Source: an uncultured Nitrososphaeraceae archaeon (GTDB lineage: Archaea; Thermoproteota; Nitrososphaeria; Nitrososphaerales; Nitrososphaeraceae). From it: a stretch of DNA of 64,000 bases. The position numbers and the translations under genes are program-made. Under the pieces are notes generated by a model. That model was given only the letters and a program-made list of their open reading frames with translations, searched no databases and was not told where the DNA came from. The stretch covers positions 128,001 through 192,000 of the forward strand of contig CAVZZA010000003.1 of assembly GCA_963779615.1 (NCBI GenBank). The letters run 5' to 3'. Below, in pieces: positions 35,147 to 46,019 of the stretch; position 1 is the first letter of the stretch, and every line of letters starts with the position of its first letter.

Positions 35147-35668
35147 TTGAAGCATGGTCATCGTTTCAAAACTATTTTTAAAGCATCTCAAAGATTCATT
35201 GTGCTATGATTTTAAAACACACTGGCCGAAAGACTTCATATGATCTAAAGGAGCCACCCTTTTTAACATCTGTGCATGATAAGTTGCATAAAGTGGGGCA
35301 TGCTGATTCAAACAAAAAGCGTCATCGTGACAGACCATATGTATTTCCTATTTGGAATTGATGAACAGTGTCCATCATATGTTTTGTCGGTAATTTTAGA
35401 CATAACCAAATGAATAAAACAATCAAGTTTATGAGAGACCATCATCTAGCAAATTGGCCCTACGGGTTTGGTAACAGGCATATTGCGAGGCTAAATTCCA
35501 TAGTCCTCAATTAACAAAATACAAAATCCACATACCTTTTAAAAATCATAAACAAAAACATGTTTTGCAATTTAACAATCACATCAAATATTTTTTCCAA
35601 AAGCCCATTACTGTGGTGAGGATAGGGTGTCTCCTGACTGTTTTGATAAAATAAAAGTTTAAAAAAAA

Positions 35669-35824
35669 TTAAGATAGTGCGTCTTTTATCTTTGTTTTTG
35701 CCTTGTTTAAGGTTTCTGAACTTGGTTTTCCTTCGGCATGATCCTTTGTGGTCTCTGATTTTGCCTCAAGGTCTTGACCTGTGTTTTTCATTTTCTTTAC
35801 GGCGTCATCGATGATATCTGTCAT
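35669..35824 (-). CDS. 51-aa hydrophilic CsbD/LEA-like small protein (not in ORF track)
   Basis: MTDIIDDAVKKMKNTGQDLEAKSETTKDHAEGKPSSETLNKAKTKIKDALS*; TATA TTTATAAA ~25 nt upstream; T-run directly after the stop. Confidence 0.65.
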   Translation of the reverse strand: MTDIIDDAVKKMKNTGQDLEAKSETTKDHAEGKPSSETLNKAKTKIKDALS

Positions 35825-36670
35825 TTATCCATAGTAGTTAACATCATTTATAAAACTAACCGAGTGAAATCTTCCCCCATTAATTTATACAATCATTTTT
35901 ATTTGTCGTTCAGTAATATCGTTATTTTAAAACTTGACACAAGTTCCAAATTGTAGATTAAACATCATTAAAATAGCAGGATATGAAAACCTTCCTGTTT
36001 AACCATTTGCAGTACTACAACAACCTATTTTTCACAATGTAATGTTTTTATTAGATATATCAATATGTCAATTCATTTCCCTTTTCTAGAAACAAGATGC
36101 AAAAACACAAGGCGAATGTATTGACTATTGATGCCTTTATTATCGCTAGCTGTAAGTGACTTGCAAAAATAATTAGTTGGATAAATTTGGCAAAATCACA
36201 CTAGATAAAAAAAATAATTCCACAGTACAGAATATAGAATGATATAAAAAATATCATTAACACGTATTATATGTTGTTAAAATTAATTATGGATAAAAAT
36301 GTTATTTTTTTTGGTTTCAATTGTTAATTATTCGTTCCCATTTCCAAAATCCTCGATTCTTTGGCATATCTCCTGCGTGTTATTCATGACACAAGGGATC
36401 AAATACTGCTATTGGTTCTTTTGGCAGTATGTACACCTTTATTAAGAAGAACATCCAATTTCATTTATATTTTCAGTAGCTTAATTGCAATATCATAGCC
36501 TCCGTCTACTCTATCGAAAAGACCCATTTGCCCCCTTTTACCATTGATTTATTCCAATCATAAAACATATTCCAAAAATAAGCCAAACAGTTTTTGTTAA
36601 TTTACAAAATCACATGCAAACATATCTGTTAGCACACCCTTTAAAAATTAATTAATTTTTATATCATATA

Positions 36671-38098
36671 GTGCCGGTCTATAACCCTTTTTTAAATTTT
36701 ATAAATAGCATTAGGCTTCCCGAATATGGATATATTGGAATAACAGACATAGAAAAAAAAATAATTGACACAAAGTTTTTTCAAAGACTCAGGAGGATAA
36801 AACAAAGCTCTAATCTCTTTATGGCTTTTCCAGGGGCATCTCATTCAAGGTTTGAACACTCACTGGGTTCGATGTATATCGCAGGGGAGGCCTCAACATA
36901 CATTATTTTGAATTCAAAAAATAAACTTGGCTCCACATCAATAATCGACATAATGGACTCGATTGATTGTAAATCTGAAATAAAAAAACAAATTCAGGTT
37001 ACTAGACTTGCCGCTTTGTTGCATGATGTCGGACATGCCCCTTTCTCCCATACCTTTGAAGAATTTTTGAAGATTGTAAACCCGACTATAGACTGGAAAC
37101 ATGAAAACCTGAGTTTGGAGATAATATACAAAAAGCTCAGCACCCTGTTTAAAGAATCGACCAAAAGCAATATCGAAGCATATGAGGTAATGTCATTACT
37201 GTGTGATTTGTCCCCTGATTTTAAAATCAAAGACAATACGGAAAAGGTTTTACAAAAAATAGGTTTAACGGATGACATCGTTACTAAAATGAATGGTTTC
37301 CTCCAGTCTAGTTGGTATTTGAATCACCTTATAAAAGAGGATCCGTATAATGTTGACAGATTCAACTATTTAATATTAGACTCCAATAGAACAGGCACAA
37401 AAGAATATGGCTTTGTAGATGTGGGAAGAATTATCCAAAACTTATATTTTCTTGAGGATGATAAAGTTGTTACTGTTTCAACCCATGCCAAAGAGGAAGC
37501 ATTGAGGTTTTTTGAGGCGTATTCTCAAATGCACAGATCGATTTATTTACACAAGATATCCCAAGGTGCCGATATACACTTATCGTATATAATGAATGAG
37601 GCTGCAAAAGAGGACAATTCAATCTTTCACAAATTGTCAAACCCCGATATGGAAACCATTTTAGAACTGTCTGATGATGTACTGATATACGAACTAACAA
37701 AGGCCAAAAATAGAAAAACAAGGAAATTAGTAGATGATTACTTAAACAGGAATATTTTATCCCTGGTTCATGAATTTGACCTTGCCGATAATAACAAATT
37801 GACCAGGATAATGGATTCAAAAGGCTCAGAGGGCCTACAAAACGACCTCAGAAAAGAAGCTGGTTTGCCTGATGAAAGAGTAATACTGGTGATAAATACA
37901 ACCAGCAAAAAAGCAACTAAACCTCCCTTGGATGAAATTACATTGAAAAAACTGACATTCTATAATGTTGACACTAAAAAATTAGAGCCTTTAGATGTCG
38001 ATTTATCTAGGCAGTTTTACTCAAATAGCAAATATAGGATTTACAGTGAAAAAGAAGACAAGGAAAAAGTCAAAAGGATAACCTCTGCTTGGACATGA
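36671..38098 (+). CDS. HD-superfamily phosphohydrolase (SAMHD1/dNTPase-like, COG1078 type)
   Basis: FQRLRRIKQ, FPGASHSRFEHSLG, AALLHDVGHAPFSH, VDRFNYLILDS, IYLHK. Confidence 0.9.
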   Translation: MPVYNPFLNFINSIRLPEYGYIGITDIEKKIIDTKFFQRLRRIKQSSNLFMAFPGASHSRFEHSLGSMYIAGEASTYIILNSKNKLGSTSIIDIMDSIDCKSEIKKQIQVTRLAALLHDVGHAPFSHTFEEFLKIVNPTIDWKHENLSLEIIYKKLSTLFKESTKSNIEAYEVMSLLCDLSPDFKIKDNTEKVLQKIGLTDDIVTKMNGFLQSSWYLNHLIKEDPYNVDRFNYLILDSNRTGTKEYGFVDVGRIIQNLYFLEDDKVVTVSTHAKEEALRFFEAYSQMHRSIYLHKISQGADIHLSYIMNEAAKEDNSIFHKLSNPDMETILELSDDVLIYELTKAKNRKTRKLVDDYLNRNILSLVHEFDLADNNKLTRIMDSKGSEGLQNDLRKEAGLPDERVILVINTTSKKATKPPLDEITLKKLTFYNVDTKKLEPLDVDLSRQFYSNSKYRIYSEKEDKEKVKRITSAWT

Positions 38099-39034
38099 TG
38101 AGAGAATCTAGCACAAGCAATATTGAGAACGGTATTTTTCGATAAATTTGTTGATTTGGAAAAAATTATTTCTAAAAAATTTTCCGGCTCTGTTATCCTA
38201 GACGTTGTTTCTTCATTCAACGGATAACCCACAAAAAGGTTCTTTCAATTGAGAACCTGTTTTAACTTGCATTTCTTTCCTTTAATTAATCAGTGTTAAT
38301 AACAACTAAAAAAAAGTTTGAATGTATAACAAATATTGGCCAGTTTGCATTTCCCTGTCCCCGAACTTACTGCTGTTACAATGGACTTGCTTCTTCTTGT
38401 AGGCAATATTTGAATTACATATCATAATATGAATATTAAATATTTGAGTTTGTGAAATTAACTCTATGTTATTTTTCTGTTTGAATAATCCATTAGCCTA
38501 ATTGAAAAGCCTTTAGGAATGTGGCGGTTCATTGCCTGTGACAAATCCAAACAAATCAGCCAAAGGATAAGATTTCGGAAATCCCATATAACTATGAGGT
38601 TGTGGCAATGATTACACCTGGTAAAAGAGGACCAAAACAAAATTTGCAAAGAATTTGCAAGAAAAAGCACATCCAAACTATGGAAAACCATCAAAGAAAA
38701 TAGTTATGGTAGGCCGCTTTATCTGAAAATAGACTGGATACTTTGTAAACAAACATTATTTCGATTCCAATCGTTTAAACTGCTTCTTAGAGGATAAATA
38801 TTGTTCGTGTTGCTATTAACCCTTACTTGCCTACAGAACAAACATTGTAGATTGAATCTGGCTATTTAGTGTTACAGATATGGGATTTGTATCGTCAGCA
38901 CTAACAGAAAATAAAAATAACCCAACAGCATTTATAACTATTTCATTTCACCAAAGAAAATCCATGATTCTAAAGATATTTACTTTCTTTATCTTTACAA
39001 ACTCTGTGACTGTGTGATCAGAGCCGACTCTATT

Positions 39035-39244
39035 TTATTTCAAAAATTCTAATGACATCATAGGATTCTTATCGTTATAAACTCGTCGATTTTTCACAGC
39101 GGGAAGTTCGTTTCTATATTTACGGCATAACTCATAATAGTAATCATTAGAATACTCAAAATCCTTGTTGTGTTCTATTAATCGTTCTAGTTCGTTATCA
39201 TCAACAACAATGCTTTTATCCCTTGTACCATTGATTAATTCCAT
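39035..39244 (-). CDS. Small hypothetical protein or gene remnant
   Basis: 69-aa ORF with protein-like composition; no motif. Confidence 0.35.
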   Translation of the reverse strand: MELINGTRDKSIVVDDNELERLIEHNKDFEYSNDYYYELCRKYRNELPAVKNRRVYNDKNPMMSLEFLK

Positions 39245-39726
39245 TTAGGAATACTTTTTGATATCCAAAGATATCACTTAATGCCTGCATGAAATTATGC
39301 AAAAGACATATCCAATCGTTGTTTTTCACTCAACACCATAGATTCAGGTTTTAGTGTGCGGCCAATCCAGCATGTCCACCCTTTTTCATGTTTTGTCCCT
39401 TTCGTTTTCCCGCCAATTTTAACTAAATCCTGCCAACAGTATCAAGGGAATTTGGGAGGCAACGAGCCAAATGAATATGTGCAACTGAAAAAAAATGCAG
39501 GTCTGACAGATATTAAATACGTGTGTCAGACGTACCAACCAAGTCGTGCCGAAAAATAGGTTTAAGAAATTATTCCTTTTAGACTAATTACCATATTTCC
39601 ATAGTAATGCATTAGGGCTACCACACAATATTTTTTTCTTTAGATAAAAACCAGAAAAAAGGTTACCTGCCTAATGGCCTATTGTCCTGACATCCAATAA
39701 CTACCTTTATACTTGCATGCTCATAC

Positions 39727-40245
39727 TTATTTTGCTTTACCGTTAGCAGAAGAATTGTTCAAACTACAACTCCTGGTTATTCTATTATGGACTGAATATA
39801 ATGCCCAAACCATTATGAAAATCGAAAGTAGTCGCAAGTGTATTTGATAATTGGTAAGAAATCCTGTGGCAACTATTCCGGCTCCCCCAAAGGCAGATAT
39901 CACGAGGAATCCGATTGACGAACAGCTAGCACATACACCGGAAGCTATTCCCACGAAAGAACCTGAAAATAACGATTTATCTAATTTCAAGCCGGAGTAT
40001 CTGATTACATAAACATTCATGGATACTACAATACCCAAAAGAAATGCAATTACGTTGGTAAATATAAATCCCACCATAGCGTCATTTGGAACATAAAAGA
40101 ACAGTACAGGGGAGAAAAACAACAGCTGGTCCATAACATTAAAGAATATCCAAAGCGACGAGAACACACAAACAGAGACTAGCGCATATAAAAAGGGATT
40201 TGAACAGTAAACCGTTCTGAATGCAAGTGGCAACATAGTTTTCAT
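39727..40245 (-). CDS. 4-TM membrane protein with a membrane-embedded CxxC
   Basis: Hydrophobic segments; SGVCASCSS; downstream of and co-oriented with the DsbA gene. Confidence 0.75.
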   Translation of the reverse strand: MKTMLPLAFRTVYCSNPFLYALVSVCVFSSLWIFFNVMDQLLFFSPVLFFYVPNDAMVGFIFTNVIAFLLGIVVSMNVYVIRYSGLKLDKSLFSGSFVGIASGVCASCSSIGFLVISAFGGAGIVATGFLTNYQIHLRLLSIFIMVWALYSVHNRITRSCSLNNSSANGKAK

Positions 40246-40335
40246 ATTCTTATAAATAGCGGTTGTTCTTGTCTTTCATAAGTCATTTCTTTTTGAATAA
40301 ATTTACCATAATAATGTAGAAGATTGAAATATGAT

Positions 40336-41094
40336 TTATTGGGACTTGTTTTCATTTTTTTCTAATTTGTCTATAATAGCCTTGAAAATTGGGAATGGCT
40401 TTGGACCCTCAATTTTGTGCATATTGAGACCACTAGCATCCATTACCACAAATGATGGTGTCTCGGTAAACCCCAACGAATTTGCCAATTTAATGTCGCT
40501 ATTCACAAATGCCTCATGTTTTTTATTGTCAAAGCAATTGTTGAACTGATTCAAGTCAAGTCCTTGTATTTGTGAGGCAAATTTTTTTAAGTTTTTGATG
40601 TTGGCCCATCCCGAATCTATGAGACCCTGGTTTTTATATAAAATTTTATGATATTCCCAAAATTTTCCCTGGTCATTCATGCATTGGGCGGCAAGTGACA
40701 CAGGCTTGGAATCAAACCCCCTGTTTGGAAGGTGCTTAAACACATAGATCGCCTTACCTGTTTGAACATACGTAGAGTTGATTTGTTGTTCAGTATTGTC
40801 GACATGTCTCTTACACAAGTGACATTGAAAATCACTAAAGTCCACAATCACTATTGGAGCGGACTTGCTTCCATAATAAGGAGAGCCCTGCTCAATTAAA
40901 CCAGGCAAAGTGAGGTTATTTCCAGTTTGTGCAAAAACAAATGTTTCGGTCATTTGATTTAAACCAAGTGGAACAGAAGTCAATGCCATCACCACAGTTA
41001 AATTCAAAAAAAATACAAAGACAACAAAAAAGCGAGCAAAGCGAGTGTTGTGTTCATTACACAGTGCTGTTTTTTCCAGATTTTCATTATTCAT
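40336..41094 (-). CDS. DsbA/thioredoxin_4-family oxidoreductase, membrane-anchored
   Basis: GSKSAPIVIVDFSDFQCHLC, QGKFWEYH, GFTETPSF. Confidence 0.9.
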   Translation of the reverse strand: MNNENLEKTALCNEHNTRFARFFVVFVFFLNLTVVMALTSVPLGLNQMTETFVFAQTGNNLTLPGLIEQGSPYYGSKSAPIVIVDFSDFQCHLCKRHVDNTEQQINSTYVQTGKAIYVFKHLPNRGFDSKPVSLAAQCMNDQGKFWEYHKILYKNQGLIDSGWANIKNLKKFASQIQGLDLNQFNNCFDNKKHEAFVNSDIKLANSLGFTETPSFVVMDASGLNMHKIEGPKPFPIFKAIIDKLEKNENKSQ

Positions 41095-41555
41095 TTTGTT
41101 AAATATGCATATAACATGGATAATGCTAAATTTAATTTAAATACATGGTTTCTAACGCATATCGTATAATCTCACTCATCTGCTATTATTAGTAGTTAAA
41201 CCAAATAGTGAAAAAAGTAACATATACATTAACAAGAGTACACAGCGGACAGGCATCAATTGTTAGATTGCGCATTTTATTGGAATTATTTAGATTTGAT
41301 TGCATTGTGATATTTTATTTTTTATTTCATTACCACCCCGCTATTGATAACATTTTTTGTGCTCTTTCCAGTATCGCGTCCAGCCCATAAACTATTTCTG
41401 TATCATGGCTATGTGACATGTTTCCATTGGAACCTAAAAAGATGGATTCAATTTGGTTATTGAAACTGTCTTAATTTTTAAAGGTTCAATTACTTTGACG
41501 TGCAAAAACAAAAAAGTAAACTATTTGGCGCATGAGTTTATGTTCACACCTAGCC

Positions 41556-41957
41556 CTATAAAAATAGGCAAATCTGGGATATGACATTCTTAGGGCTCCG
41601 CATGACCTCGTGTTCCCAAAACTCCAAGACAATCCACCCCTCGCTAAGCAGACTCTCTTTTACCCTTATCCGTCTTTTTTTGTTGGAGTTCAACTTTTCT
41701 CTCCAAAATGAAACATTGCTCTTTGGCTCCCGGTAGCACTCAACACACCCATGCCAAAAGCAACCGTCGATGAATACCGCTGTTTTTCTAGACTTGTTGG
41801 TCAGGTCTGGCTTTCCGAAAATTGATTTGTCGTGAATTCGGTATCTCTTTCCCTTGGCCCACAGAAGTTTTCGTATTGTTGTCTCAGGCTTTGTGTTTTT
41901 GGACCTGATGCGGGACATTACTTTGCTTCTCTTTTCTGGGCTCATCCGGTCTGGCAC
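41556..41957 (-). CDS. vsr: Very-short-patch repair endonuclease
   Basis: PDRMSPEKRSKVMSRIRSKNTKPE, GKPD, VFIDGCFWHG, FWREKL..N..R, GWIVLEFWEHE. Confidence 0.92.
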   Translation of the reverse strand: MPDRMSPEKRSKVMSRIRSKNTKPETTIRKLLWAKGKRYRIHDKSIFGKPDLTNKSRKTAVFIDGCFWHGCVECYREPKSNVSFWREKLNSNKKRRIRVKESLLSEGWIVLEFWEHEVMRSPKNVISQICLFL

Positions 41958-42206
41958 ACACCATATATTGACAGTCTGACTTCTATGTCTTTCATTGGCG
42001 CACATAACACGCACTCAAGAAATGGATTCGCCTGGTAGCCAGTTTCAAAATCGTGTCCTTCCTTAACGGTGAGACACATCAATACATTGTTGAAAAACCA
42101 CCCAATGGATTTAACATCAATCCAATCCAATCGATTATCCGATTCCATAAAGTCATCTAAAATTTTTTTTGCTATGGCCAATGATGTCTTGGAGTTACAT
42201 ATTATA

Positions 42207-42234
42207 TTTATTTATTTATTTATTTATTTATTTA
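42207..42234. repeat. (TTTA)7 microsatellite
   Basis: Seven perfect TTTA units. Confidence 0.9.
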
Positions 42235-42463
42235 TGATATGGAAAAACATATAGCATATTTATCCAAATGAGTCAGACTGATACATTCAAGCAGTTTATC
42301 TCTTTTCAAATACCATAACAATATAGAATTAGCCATGGGATAATCTGTTACCGGTCTAATGTTTTTGGTAATAGAGATTTAGCAAGGGTGCCATGGATTT
42401 GTTCTCCTTTAACATTCATGGACACATGTCAAATTTATAAATCAAATACTTTGTACTTATGTA

Positions 42464-43024
42464 ATGCATTTGCATGTATCAAAAACGATATGCCTATTAG
42501 TATCTTTATCACTGATTACCATTTTTCTGTCCTTTAGCAACAATGCTATCATATACGGCCAGGTGATAAACAACAGCGCACATGACAACAGCATAGAAAA
42601 CAGCACTGCTATAACATCTGGAAACAGCCAAGACAAGTCAGACAAGGAAATAAGAAACGATAAGATTGTAAGGGAATTTTACAGCAATGTATTCGTTGCC
42701 AAAAATGCTTCCGCTGCAGTCAATTATCTGGAAGAGAATTACATACAACACAATCCAAATGTCCCAACAGGAAGAGAGGCCTTCATTGACGCATTTACAC
42801 AAATCTTTGAGCAAAACCCCAAATTCAATACACAAATACAAAGAATCTACACAGATGGAGATTACGTCATAGTGCACTCATTTGCTCCATTTGGAGAGAC
42901 AGGCAATGCAATAGTTGACATCTATAGGGTGATTGATAATGGAAAAATCGCAGAACATTGGGATGTTCTTCAACAAATACCATTAAATCCGGCAAACAAC
43001 AATACTATGTTTTATCAAGAGTAG
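42464..43024 (+). CDS. Secreted SnoaL/NTF2-like protein
   Basis: Signal peptide; YIQHNPNVPTGREAF, DGDYVIVH, VDIYRV...GKIAEHWDVLQ. Confidence 0.9.
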   Translation: MHLHVSKTICLLVSLSLITIFLSFSNNAIIYGQVINNSAHDNSIENSTAITSGNSQDKSDKEIRNDKIVREFYSNVFVAKNASAAVNYLEENYIQHNPNVPTGREAFIDAFTQIFEQNPKFNTQIQRIYTDGDYVIVHSFAPFGETGNAIVDIYRVIDNGKIAEHWDVLQQIPLNPANNNTMFYQE

Positions 43025-43141
43025 GTATCTCCAATTCCCTTTCTTTTCTATTTGTTTTTGTTGACATTTTTACATGGCAATACAAATACATTCCAAAATC
43101 AAAAATACCATCGAAAGGCTCTATCCTCCATTTGAGAGGTT

Positions 43142-43234
43142 GCAGAGGCAACACCAAAGTTATGGCGTTACCATCGTTTTGATTATCTTCATTCAGCATT
43201 ACTTCCGTATAAGCTAAAAAGCAACATCATGTTT
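43142..43234. repeat. 93-bp dispersed repeat, copy 1
   Basis: 88/93 identical to 63135-63227. Confidence 0.9.
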
Positions 43235-43235
43235 T

Positions 43236-44135
43236 ATGTGGTACAGTTTGGGTTTGCCGAGATACACCATCATTGATGCGCCCTCGATTCTCGGACTAGG
43301 GCCTACCGGAGTAGAACATCTTCCCGAAGCATTGAAGGGATCCGGATTAATGAAGAAACTAAATGCGGAATATGCAGGTTGTTTCCAACCATCAATATCA
43401 TATGACCCATATCGCGATCCAAAAACACAGATAATGAATGCTGATGCAATCAAGGCATTTTCATTACAGCTAGCCGACGTGGTCAGTGTTGAGATATCCA
43501 GGAGTTTTCCCATAATATTGGGTGGAGATTGCAGCATCGTCATAGGTGCTCTCTTGGGATTACGGCGTGTTGGCAGATATGGATTATTTTTCATCGACGG
43601 ACATTCTGATTTTTATCAGCCCCAAGCGTCCACAACTGGAGAGGTTGCAGATATGGACTTGGCAATAGTAACCGGCAGAGGTCCGAATATTCTCACAAAC
43701 ATAGATGGTCTCAAACCGCTTGTTCGCGATGAGGATGCAGTGTTGTTTGGCTACCGCGACGCAGAACAATCATCCAGTTATGGAAGTCAAGATGTGATGG
43801 ACACCGATATCCTTGCTATGGATCTTTTGAAAATAAGGGATTTGAAGATAAACACGGCTGCCCCTATGGCCGTTTCAAGGCTGCTGAAAGACGGATTGGA
43901 TGGGTTTTGGATTCACCTCGATGCAGACGTCCTAGACGATGGAATAATGCCTGCGGTTGACTATAGAATGGAAGGAGGGGGGTTAGACTTCTCTGAGCTG
44001 AGTGAGCTTTTGAAGGTCCTGGTTTCATCCGGCCGGGGTGTAGGAATGTCGGTTACCATATTTAACCCTCATCTTGATCCAGGTGGCTCCATTGCAAGAA
44101 ACTTTGCATCGAGCATAGTTGCAGGTTTGACATAA
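43236..44135 (+). CDS. Arginase/ureohydrolase-family protein
   Basis: LGGDCS, FIDGHSD, GYRD, WIHLDADVLD, TIFNP. Confidence 0.9.
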   Translation: MWYSLGLPRYTIIDAPSILGLGPTGVEHLPEALKGSGLMKKLNAEYAGCFQPSISYDPYRDPKTQIMNADAIKAFSLQLADVVSVEISRSFPIILGGDCSIVIGALLGLRRVGRYGLFFIDGHSDFYQPQASTTGEVADMDLAIVTGRGPNILTNIDGLKPLVRDEDAVLFGYRDAEQSSSYGSQDVMDTDILAMDLLKIRDLKINTAAPMAVSRLLKDGLDGFWIHLDADVLDDGIMPAVDYRMEGGGLDFSELSELLKVLVSSGRGVGMSVTIFNPHLDPGGSIARNFASSIVAGLT

Positions 44136-44578
44136 GAAAAAGACATTGTCTGATTACCTAGAATGGGAATTTAGTCATGAATGAATCCGCTGACACACAG
44201 GGTTAGATTGGAGCAAATCCAGTATACCTTTGTGATTCAGGTGCATTTAGAGCATATAAAGTTTTGATAGGGAGGGTTTTGAATGGTATCGATTTTTGGT
44301 TTGCAGAATTCAATCCCAAATATAATGTGTAGGTCGACCTTAAAAAAAAGAACAGACATATACATTGTGGGCCCAAGGGGTACAGTAATAGATATATTAC
44401 CTGCCCAAGGGCTGTTTACGGTTTATTAAAATCTTCCTGGTTACTCAATTTTATAGATTTGCCATGGGGAGATCCCCGTTCAAATAAATTTGCCACATTA
44501 ATAGGCTATCAGAATGAAATGAACTAAGAATAACTAGATTTTAAGGTTTATCGTTCTTACAGATCAACAGATATCCAA

Positions 44579-45493
44579 ATGGATGTGTTATTTGATTGTG
44601 CCATTATCGGCGGAGTTCCTGCGGGTTTAAATGCTGCTTTGGTTTTAGGACGGGCAAGACGAAATACAATATTGTTTGATAACAATAACCCTAGGAATGC
44701 AGTTACACAGGAATCTCACGGGTTCATTACGCGTGATGGGATAAAACCCAAAGAATTTAGAGAAATTGCTCACAAAGAAATAGGCAAATATCCTTCTGTT
44801 GTAATTCAAAAAAAGGAGGTAACTTCAGTAATCAAAAATAATCAATTATTTGAATTGGTTACATCCGAAAAAGTAATTTATCAATCCAAGAAAATAATTA
44901 TCTCTTCGGGCTTGAAAGATGTTTTGCCGAATATAGGGAATATTTCTGACTACTATGGTAAGAGCCTGTTTAACTGCCCGTACTGTGACGGATGGGAATT
45001 ACGGGACAAACCTTTGGTTGTTATCATAGATGATCAAGTTCAGGGTTTTCATTTCATTCAGACTATCTATAATTGGTCCAAAGACCTTGTTGTGTGCACA
45101 AATGGCAAGTCCTTTCAAAACTCTGAGCAAAAACGTTTGATTCACAATAAGGGAATAAAGATAATGGAAAATAAAATCAGAAACTTTGTTGGGAAAGATG
45201 GGCAAATGGAAAAAATAATCTTTGAAAACGGAGAAAGAGTGAATAGAAATGGTGGCTTTGTTCTTCCCCAACTTATTCAATCGTCTAATTTTGCTAAACA
45301 ATCAGGATGCGAAAATAACTCACTTGGTGGGATTTCCGCAGACTCTCATGGCAGGACAAACATCCATGGGGTATATGCCGCTGGTGATGCTTCCGTAATT
45401 GCTCCCGCTCAATTGATTATTGCCGCGGCGGAAGGGCTTCGTACAGCAGTGGGTGTAAACAGAGACTTGATCCAAAAGGAGTTTTTAGGATGA
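44579..45493 (+). CDS. FAD-dependent thioredoxin-reductase-like oxidoreductase
   Basis: AIIGGVPAGLNAALVLGRARR, CPYCDGWE, GVYAAGD. Confidence 0.9.
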   Translation: MDVLFDCAIIGGVPAGLNAALVLGRARRNTILFDNNNPRNAVTQESHGFITRDGIKPKEFREIAHKEIGKYPSVVIQKKEVTSVIKNNQLFELVTSEKVIYQSKKIIISSGLKDVLPNIGNISDYYGKSLFNCPYCDGWELRDKPLVVIIDDQVQGFHFIQTIYNWSKDLVVCTNGKSFQNSEQKRLIHNKGIKIMENKIRNFVGKDGQMEKIIFENGERVNRNGGFVLPQLIQSSNFAKQSGCENNSLGGISADSHGRTNIHGVYAAGDASVIAPAQLIIAAAEGLRTAVGVNRDLIQKEFLG

Positions 45494-45590
45494 ATCTGCA
45501 TGGAGATTGTATAAACAGTAATCCAAAAACCAATTCCATCTTTTCAGTAGTTTCAATAAGAATCCAAATAGCATGACTCTAGCAATAAAT

Positions 45591-45653
45591 GGGCTCAGCC
45601 ACTTTTCATCTAAAACTAGGGGGTTTGAGTAGGGTAGGTAAACGGGTTCAATC
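45591..45653. repeat. ~60-bp dispersed intergenic repeat, copy A
   Basis: GGGCTCAGCCACTTTTCA...AGGGGGTTTGAGT..GGTAGGTAA..GGGTTCAA; similar to 49661-49723. Confidence 0.75.
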
Positions 45654-46019
45654 AATACACCAGGTATTTTAGTTTATTTTAACTTTGTAAAATTGATTTA
45701 TACTAACTAAGAGGGATAAGAGACAAATTTTGCCAAATTTGGGATTTGGTTCTGTCGTCACCTATTTGAGTTTTTTGCATTCTTTTTAGGAATTGTTACC
45801 GCAGATTTTTAAATGAATGGATCTTTGATTATATCCAACTATTAGAAACTACTATACTAATTTATTGTCCTGTTTTACAAAAGGCTGATTCAAAGCATGT
45901 ATGCTTATAATGAAAATGACAAATGTGGTGGTAGCGACTACAATCCTTTCTATAGTAATATAACTTTATCAGTTTATTACGCTATAGTGAGGTTTTAGAA
46001 TCGCTATTTATTACCCTAA

